A DNA stretch of 64,000 nucleotides. It comes from an uncultured bacterium. GTDB lineage: Bacteria; Krumholzibacteriota; Krumholzibacteriia; LZORAL124-64-63. The stretch's first letter is position 1; the number at the start of each line of letters is the position of its first letter. A program made the position numbers and the translations under genes. The notes under the pieces are model-generated. The model did not search any database and was not told where the DNA came from. It saw only the letters and a program-made list of their open reading frames with translations. Location: the NCBI GenBank assembly GCA_903912525.1, contig CAIWHK010000032.1:110409-174408 (forward strand), written 5' to 3'. Positions 58,037-64,000 of this stretch are shown one piece after another.

Positions 58037-59053
58037 TCACAGCAACCCCGCTCGCAGGATGTCGTGGATATGCAGGAGCCCGGCCGGCCGGCCAGCGGCG
58101 TCCGAAACGATCAGCAGGGTGACCGCACCGCCCTCACGGCGCTCCATCAGGCGAAGGGCGCGGATCGCCAGTTCCCCCGGCCCGATCGTCAGTGGCCTGG
58201 GGTTCATGACCTCGGTGATCGGCAGGTCCAGCGCCTCGCCACGGTCGAGCAACACCCGCTTGATGTCGCCGTCGACGCACAGCCCCACCAGAAGGCCGTC
58301 GTCATCCACGACGCAGGCGCCGCCGAGGCGCTTGCCGACGATCTCGGGCAGCGACTGGCGCAGCGTGAAGCGATGGGAGACGACCGGCAGTTCATCGCCG
58401 GCGTGCATCAGTTCGCCCGCCGTCAGCAGCAGGCTGCGGCCGAGCGCGCCGCTCGGGTGGAACATCGCGAAGTCCTCGGCGGCGAAACCGCGCTGCCGGA
58501 TCAGGGCGACGACCAGCGCATCGCCCATCGCCATCGCCGAGATCGCGGAAGTCGTCGGCGTCAGGTTCAGCGGGCAGGCCTCGCGCTCGAACGGTGTGTG
58601 CAGCACGACGTCGGCCGCGCGGGCGGCATCGCTCAGCGCGTCGGCTGTGATGACGATCGCCTGCATGCCGAAGGTGTGGCAGAACGCCAGCAACGCCGTC
58701 ACCTCGGGGTTGGCGCCGCTGCGCGAGACGGCCACCAGCACGTCGCTGCCGCTGACGATCCCGAGGTCACCGTGCGCCGCCTCGACCGGGTGGATGAATT
58801 GGCTGGGCGTTCCCGTGCTCGTCAACGTGGCCGCGAGCTTCCGCGCGACGAATCCGCTCTTGCCGAGACCCGTCACCAGCACGCGCCCCTGCGCACCGAG
58901 AAGCAGCCGAACGGCAGCACCAAACGAGGCGTCGAGCGAGGCCGCCACCATCTCAAGCGCGTCGGCTTCCTGTCGGATCGCATCGCGTCCGATGGCGACC
59001 AGCTCGTCGTCCGCAAGCTCGGGCACCGGACGCCCCGGTTCGGGCCGGCTCAT
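58037..59053 (-). CDS. kdsD: Arabinose-5-phosphate isomerase (SIS + 2 CBS)
   Basis: GLGKSG..ARKLAATLTSTGTP, EAAHGDLG, EACPLNLTPTTS, FHPSGALG, CBS pair. Confidence 0.95.
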   Translation of the reverse strand: MSRPEPGRPVPELADDELVAIGRDAIRQEADALEMVAASLDASFGAAVRLLLGAQGRVLVTGLGKSGFVARKLAATLTSTGTPSQFIHPVEAAHGDLGIVSGSDVLVAVSRSGANPEVTALLAFCHTFGMQAIVITADALSDAARAADVVLHTPFEREACPLNLTPTTSAISAMAMGDALVVALIRQRGFAAEDFAMFHPSGALGRSLLLTAGELMHAGDELPVVSHRFTLRQSLPEIVGKRLGGACVVDDDGLLVGLCVDGDIKRVLLDRGEALDLPITEVMNPRPLTIGPGELAIRALRLMERREGGAVTLLIVSDAAGRPAGLLHIHDILRAGLL

Positions 59054-59724
59054 GCTTCCTCCGGGGCGTTGCCTTGGTCCGAAGAGAGTTCGCGGTGGTT
59101 CGGCTGCCAGGCCTTGTCCCGCAACCGCTCGAGCGCCAGGCCGTACAGGCCGGCGCTCTTGAGCACGAGGTCGACGACCTCGCGCACGGCACCCGCTCCC
59201 CCACGGGCCTGCGTCACGTACAGGCACTGGTGACGGACCTCCTGCGGCGCGTCGGGAACAGCGACCGGCACGCCTACCTGGTGCAGGGCCGGCAGGTCGA
59301 TGACGTCGTCGCCCATGTAGAGCGCATCGGCCGCGGCGCAACCGGTCTCGCGCAGGATCTCGCCAAGGGCCTCGACCTTGTCGAAGCGCCCGAGCTTGAT
59401 CGCGTCGAAGCGCAGTTCGGTGCAACGGCGCTCGACGACGGCGCTGTGGCGGCCGGTCAGCACGGCCAGCTTGATTCCGGCCACCCGGCCCAGGACCAGG
59501 CCCAGGCCGTCGCGGCTGTGGAACGCCTTGTAGGCCTCGCCCTGCGCTCCGTAGATCATGCGGCCGTCGGTGAGCACGCCGTCGGCGTCGAGCACGATCA
59601 GGCGTACGCGGGCCAACAGGTCGGCCAGGTCGTTTCCGGCGCGCACGACGGCTTCCTGCCGGTAGTCCTCGTCGCTGGACGGCGGCCAGGCGAAGTCCCG
59701 CGGGTAGGTGGGCTTGTCGGTCAT
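59050..59724 (-). CDS. kdsC: KDO-8-phosphate phosphatase (HAD)
   Basis: LDADGVLTDG, FHSRDGLG, YMGDDVID, GGAGAVRE. Confidence 0.94.
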   Translation of the reverse strand: MTDKPTYPRDFAWPPSSDEDYRQEAVVRAGNDLADLLARVRLIVLDADGVLTDGRMIYGAQGEAYKAFHSRDGLGLVLGRVAGIKLAVLTGRHSAVVERRCTELRFDAIKLGRFDKVEALGEILRETGCAAADALYMGDDVIDLPALHQVGVPVAVPDAPQEVRHQCLYVTQARGGAGAVREVVDLVLKSAGLYGLALERLRDKAWQPNHRELSSDQGNAPEEA

Positions 59725-60572
59725 CGGCCTTCGCTTTCGAGGAAGAGTTCGCGCCCGCGCGCGAGTTGCGTCAGCAACGGCGCCGCCGCCTCGAGCGGCA
59801 ACTGGCTGGCCGCGTCGCTGCGGGCCCGGGCGGGCTCAGGATGGACTTCGAGGAAGATCGCATCGGCGCCGGCGGCGATGCCGCAGCGCGCCAGCAGCGG
59901 GATCATCTCCGGCTGACCACCGGTGACCTGGCCCGTGCTGCCGGGCGACTGCACGGCGTGCGTCGCATCCATCACCACCGGGCATCCGAGGGCGCGCATG
60001 GACGCGATGCCGCGAAAGTCCACGACCAGGTCGCGGTAGCCGAAGAACGAGCCGCGCTCGGTCAGAAGCACGCCGCCGCCCCCGGCCGCACGCACCTTGC
60101 GCGCCGCGTGGCCAAGGTCGCCGGGCGCCAGGAACTGGCCCTTCTTCACGTTGACGATGCGACCGGTGCGGCCCGCGGCCTCAAGCAGCGAGGTCTGTCG
60201 GCAGAGGAAGGCGGGTATCTGCAGCACCGTGGCCACCTCGGCAGCGGCCACCGCCTCGTCCGGTTGATGGATGTCCGTCAACACCGGAACGCCGGTTTCC
60301 CTGCCGATGCGCTCGAGCAACCGCAGGCCCTCCTGTGCGCCGGGCCCGCGGTAGCTGTCGCCGCTGGTCCGGTTGTCCTTCGCGTAGCTGGCCTTGAAGC
60401 AGTACCCGAGCCCGAGCCCACGGCAGAGCTCGGCCAGGTGGGCCGCAACCGCGAGCATCTCGTCGGGATCCTCAAGGACGCACGGACCCGCGATCACGAA
60501 CAACGGCAGCCCGCGACCGACGCGGTGGGCACCGATGGCGACCGGCTCGGCCACGCGCAGGTTGTCTTCCAT
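59721..60572 (-). CDS. kdsA: KDO-8-phosphate synthase
   Basis: IAGPCVLE, KASYAKDNRTS, QIPAFLCRQT, NVKKGQF, ERG, DATHAVQ, EVHP. Confidence 0.97.
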   Translation of the reverse strand: MEDNLRVAEPVAIGAHRVGRGLPLFVIAGPCVLEDPDEMLAVAAHLAELCRGLGLGYCFKASYAKDNRTSGDSYRGPGAQEGLRLLERIGRETGVPVLTDIHQPDEAVAAAEVATVLQIPAFLCRQTSLLEAAGRTGRIVNVKKGQFLAPGDLGHAARKVRAAGGGGVLLTERGSFFGYRDLVVDFRGIASMRALGCPVVMDATHAVQSPGSTGQVTGGQPEMIPLLARCGIAAGADAIFLEVHPEPARARSDAASQLPLEAAAPLLTQLARGRELFLESEGR

Positions 60573-60593
60573 CACGATGGGATCCTTTCGGCA

Positions 60594-62249
60594 CTAGCCT
60601 GCCGCGCTCTCGGCGGCCGGGGACGATTTGCCGTCGCGATGCCCCACGGCCGCGGCCACGAAGGCGCGGAACAATGGGTGCGGGCGACGCGGGCGCGACT
60701 TGAGTTCGGGGTGGAACTGCGCCGCGATGAAGAACGGGTGCCCCGGCAGCTCGATGATCTCGGCGAGCAGGCCGTCCGGCGACAGGCCGGAGAAGACAAC
60801 ACCCGCGCGCGCGAATACCTCGCGGTAGTCGTTGTTGACCTCATAGCGGTGACGGTGGCGCTCGGAGATCTCGATCCGCCCGTAGCAGCGGTGCGCGAGC
60901 GTGCCAGGCTCGATCTGGCAGGGATAGGCCCCCAGCCGCATCGTGCCGCCGAGGTTGACGATGCCCTTCTGCTTCTCCATCAGGTGGATGACCGGGTGCG
61001 GCGTGCCCGGGTCGAACTCGGCGCTGCCGGCCCGCTCGAGGCCGACGATGTCACGGCCGATCTCGATCATCGCGCACTGCAGGCCCAGGCAGATGCCGAG
61101 GAACGGGATGCCCTGTTCACGCGCGAAGCGGACGGCGTTGACCTTGCCCGGGATGCCGCGATCGCCGAAGCCGCCGGGCACCAGGATGCCGTGGCAGCCG
61201 GCGAAGATCTCGCGCAGCCGCGCGTCGCCGACATCGGGACCCTCGAGCGATTCCGAATCGACCCACACCTGGTCGACACCCACGTGGTTGGGAATGCCGG
61301 CGTGGATGAACGCCTCGCTGACGCTCTTGTAGGCGTCCTTCAGCTCGATGTACTTGCCGACGATGGCAATGCGCACGCGGTCGGGCGGGTTGAGGATGAG
61401 CCCCACCATGCGCCGCCACTCGGTCAGGTCGGGCTCCGGCGTGACGAGCGCCAGCTTCTTGCAGAGCAGCCGGTCGAAGTCCTGCTCGTGCATCGTCAGC
61501 GGCACTTCGTAGATGCTGGCCACGTCGCGGCCGTCGATGACGTTCGCGTACGGCAGGTTGCAGAACAGCGCGATCTTGCGGCGCGCCTCCTCGCCGATCG
61601 GCTGGCTGGTGCGGCACATCAGGAAGTCCGGCTGGATACCGATGCTGCGCAGCTCGCGCACCGAATGTTGCGTGGGCTTGGTCTTGATTTCCCCGGCGGC
61701 GGCGATGTAGGGCACCAGCGTCAGGTGCAGCGAGGCTGTGTCCTCCGGTTCGCTCTCGAGGCGGAACTGGCGAATGGCCTCGAGGAACGGCAGGCTCTCG
61801 ATGTCGCCGACGGTGCCGCCGATCTCGGTGATGACGACGTCGACCGAGGGGTCGCTCTGCGCCGGCAGCAGGATGCGACGCTTGATCTCATCGGTGACGT
61901 GCGGGATCACCTGCACCGTGCGGCCGAGGTACTCGCCCTTGCGTTCCTTGGCGAGGATGGTCTCGTAGACGCGGCCGCTGGTCAGGTTGTGGATCTGCGC
62001 AAGGTCGGTGTCGGTGAAGCGCTCGTAGTGACCGAGGTCCAGGTCGCATTCGGCGCCGTCGTCGAGCACGAACACCTCGCCGTGCTGGAACGGGCTCATC
62101 GTGCCGGGGTCGACGTTCAGGTAGGGGTCGAACTTCTGCAGGACGACCTTCAGCCCGCGCGCCTTCAGCAGGTTGCCCAACGAGGCGCTCGCGATGCCCT
62201 TACCCAGGGCCGAAACGACCCCGCCGGTCACGAATACGTACTTGGCCAT
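60594..62249 (-). CDS. pyrG: CTP synthase
   Basis: TGGVVSALGKG, DPYLNVDPGTMSP, KTKPTQ, VPGGFG, GICLG, ERHRHRYE, QFHPE. Confidence 0.99.
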   Translation of the reverse strand: MAKYVFVTGGVVSALGKGIASASLGNLLKARGLKVVLQKFDPYLNVDPGTMSPFQHGEVFVLDDGAECDLDLGHYERFTDTDLAQIHNLTSGRVYETILAKERKGEYLGRTVQVIPHVTDEIKRRILLPAQSDPSVDVVITEIGGTVGDIESLPFLEAIRQFRLESEPEDTASLHLTLVPYIAAAGEIKTKPTQHSVRELRSIGIQPDFLMCRTSQPIGEEARRKIALFCNLPYANVIDGRDVASIYEVPLTMHEQDFDRLLCKKLALVTPEPDLTEWRRMVGLILNPPDRVRIAIVGKYIELKDAYKSVSEAFIHAGIPNHVGVDQVWVDSESLEGPDVGDARLREIFAGCHGILVPGGFGDRGIPGKVNAVRFAREQGIPFLGICLGLQCAMIEIGRDIVGLERAGSAEFDPGTPHPVIHLMEKQKGIVNLGGTMRLGAYPCQIEPGTLAHRCYGRIEISERHRHRYEVNNDYREVFARAGVVFSGLSPDGLLAEIIELPGHPFFIAAQFHPELKSRPRRPHPLFRAFVAAAVGHRDGKSSPAAESAAG

Positions 62250-62319
62250 GCTTGCCTTTCGCTTGTGATCCCGTGGCGATCCCGGTAAAAGCGCATCGAC
62301 CCGCGGACGTGCCGCGCGG

Positions 62320-63129
62320 TCAGCGTTCCGTGGGCCAGCAGGCGCGGACGCGCTCAAGGTCGGCCGGCGTATCGACGCCCACCGGCCCGGACCCGATGGT
62401 CACGACGCCGATGCGCATGCCGTTCTCCAGGGCGCGGAGCTGTTCGAGGCCCTCGGCCTGTTCGAGCGGCGTGGGCGCCAGCGAGGCGAACCGCAGGAGG
62501 GCCTCGCGCCGGAAGGCGTAGATCCCGACATGCCGGAGGGCGACCTGGTGGCCCACCTCTTCCCTGCCGGGGAACATACCGGGAATCGGCGCCCGCGAAA
62601 AGTACAAAGCCCGACCGTCCCGGCCGGTGACGACCTTCACGACGTTGGGTTCGCGCCAGGGGCCGGCTTCGGCGAAGCGGTGCCCACACGTGCCGATGTC
62701 CCAGCCGGGCTCGTTCTGCATGAACGCGATCAGGGCCTCGACGTCGCCTGGCGGCAGCAGGGGTTCGTCGCCCTGCAGGTTGACCACGAGGTCCTCGGCG
62801 TGGCGGGCGGCGATCTCGGCGATGCGGTCGGTGCCGGTGGGGTGTTCGGCGGTCATCTCGCAGGGCAGGCCCGCGGCCGTGACCACGTCGAGGATGCGCC
62901 GGTCGTCGGTGGCGACCAGCACGCGGTCGGCCGTCCGCACACGCATCGCGTTCTCGGCCACGCGCACGATGAGCGGCTTGCCGGCGACATCGGCCAGGGC
63001 CTTGCCGGGGAAACGGGACGAGCCGTAGCGGGCGGGGATGACGACCAGGACGCCACCGGGGCTCCGGCCGTGGCCAACAACGAAGCCCACCCCGGGCGGG
63101 GTGGGCTTGGTGTTCTTGTCGCTGTTCAT
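62320..63129 (-). CDS. kdsB: CMP-KDO synthetase
   Basis: IPARYGSSRFPGK, TGTDRI, NLQGDEP, YFSRAPIP, HVGIYAF, LEQLRALE, VDTPADL. Confidence 0.96.
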   Translation of the reverse strand: MNSDKNTKPTPPGVGFVVGHGRSPGGVLVVIPARYGSSRFPGKALADVAGKPLIVRVAENAMRVRTADRVLVATDDRRILDVVTAAGLPCEMTAEHPTGTDRIAEIAARHAEDLVVNLQGDEPLLPPGDVEALIAFMQNEPGWDIGTCGHRFAEAGPWREPNVVKVVTGRDGRALYFSRAPIPGMFPGREEVGHQVALRHVGIYAFRREALLRFASLAPTPLEQAEGLEQLRALENGMRIGVVTIGSGPVGVDTPADLERVRACWPTER

Positions 63130-63132
63130 GGG

Positions 63133-63387
63133 CTACAGCGGCAGGATGTTGACCCGCTTCTTGGTCCCGCGGAAGTCCTGATACTCCACGGTCCCGTCGA
63201 CGAGCGCGTACAAGGTGTCATCGCTACCCTTGCCCACGTGCTTGCCCGGGTGGATGCGGGTGCCGCGCTGCCGCACGATGATCGTGCCGGCGCTGACCGT
63301 CTGGCCGCCGAACCGCTTGACGCCCAAGTTCTGCGGATTGGAATCGCGCCCGTTCCGGGTTGATCCGCCAGCTTTCTTATGAGCCAT
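63133..63387 (-). CDS. rpmA: 50S ribosomal protein L27
   Basis: [28 protein letters not shown]. Confidence 0.99.
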   Translation of the reverse strand: MAHKKAGGSTRNGRDSNPQNLGVKRFGGQTVSAGTIIVRQRGTRIHPGKHVGKGSDDTLYALVDGTVEYQDFRGTKKRVNILPL

Positions 63388-63448
63388 GTCGCACCTTCTC
63401 CTGTCGTGGTCCCGCGCGGCCGTCCGGCTCGCTGCGGGCCGATTCGTC

Positions 63449-63760
63449 TCAGCCGGTGATGCCGGTGATGCGGATCTGCGTGAACGGCTGACGGTGGCCG
63501 GTCTTGCGACGGTAGTTCTTCCGCCGCTTCTTCTTGAAAATGACGACCTTGCGGCTCAGCCCGTGGGCGATAACCTCGGCCTTGACCGAAGCCCCGGCAA
63601 CGATCGGGCTGCCGACCTTGACCGACGCGCCATCCGACACCATCAGGACCTGGTCGAAGCTCAGCATGGCGCCGACTTCGTCCGCCAGCAGCGGCACCTG
63701 CAAGGTGGTGTCCGGCATGACCCGGAACTGCTGCTCCTTGATCTTGACTACAGCGTACAT
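63449..63760 (-). CDS. rplU: 50S ribosomal protein L21
   Basis: [33 protein letters not shown]. Confidence 0.99.
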   Translation of the reverse strand: MYAVVKIKEQQFRVMPDTTLQVPLLADEVGAMLSFDQVLMVSDGASVKVGSPIVAGASVKAEVIAHGLSRKVVIFKKKRRKNYRRKTGHRQPFTQIRITGITG

Positions 63761-63889
63761 CACGTTCCTAACCCGTTAGGTGGGCAAAAGGACGCGCGGG
63801 CGCACCCGGGCGTCCCGCCAGCCGGCCCGGCCCGTCCGGCCAACCCCCGAAAAGGGGACCGGGGCCTGCCGCCTTTGACACAAGCGGGA

Positions 63890-63919
63890 ATAATAGTGCC
63901 GCGCCGGCGGGGCCGTCAA
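63890..63919 (-). promoter_or_regulatory. Sigma-70 promoter of the rplU operon
   Basis: TTGACG-N18-TATTAT on the minus strand. Confidence 0.6.
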
Positions 63920-63966
63920 GGCCCGGGAGGGTGATTTTTCGACCACCCGCCCCCTCCCGTGACAGG

Positions 63967-63994
63967 TTGACATCAGGCTGGGCGGCCTTAATCT
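63967..63994 (+). promoter_or_regulatory. Divergent sigma-70 promoter for a gene beyond the window
   Basis: TTGACA-N16-TAATCT followed by GAGGAG at the window edge. Confidence 0.5.
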
Positions 63995-64000
63995 GAGGAG

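Noticed and set aside
661-62288. Long opposite-strand or shifted-frame ORFs (e.g. 661-3321, 4257-6725, 12276-14759, 39335-41800, 53140-55449, 59766-62288)
   Set aside because: They are shadows of well-supported genes; stop-poor frames are expected at about 70% GC, and the products are Arg/Pro-rich with no motifs.
1-64000. tRNA, rRNA, CRISPR arrays, prophage or defence genes
   Set aside because: None recognised by eye; intergenic gaps are short and mostly explained by promoters and terminators.

Overview
High-GC (about 70%) bacterial chromosomal window from a diderm, LPS-making organism. A full-length SprA, a Bacteroidota-type sigma-70 and a secreted protein ending in TWGGVKSLFR suggest a non-Bacteroidota FCB-group lineage such as Krumholzibacteriota or Latescibacterota (inference). 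In order: chemotaxis operon (cheA-cheW-mcp-cheB-cheR, minus); valS-rodZ-like-uvrB-nadC-birA-coaX; secreted TWG-motif protein; PDZ/multi-TM/PP2C sensor phosphatase; an unannotated 21-aa Trp-Trp ORF with attenuator-like RNA structure; tlpA/dsbD; FG-GAP protein and small OM barrel; yigZ; sigma-70; GT-C-like/TPR membrane protein; DUF4139; a cheY / TPR / degenerate MglA / hypothetical / Zn-ribbon-RomX-like cluster with sigma-28 and sigma-54 motifs; a 1.2-kb IS with 24-bp TIRs; sprA plus a glutaminyl-cyclase-like M28 gene; lptFG; PKD lipoprotein; and a long minus-strand superoperon rplU-rpmA-kdsB-pyrG-kdsA-kdsC-kdsD-lpxL-lptC-lptB-rpoN-hpf-hprK-PTS(Man IIA-D)-ptsH-ptsI-pgi/pmi-metK. No tRNA, rRNA or CRISPR array was seen. 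Best leads: the MglA/RomX-like module, the orphan attenuator-like peptide, the C-terminal TWG motif and the sprA/QC pairing. All family calls come from motif recognition, not database searches, and start codons were re-chosen by RBS and gene overlap.
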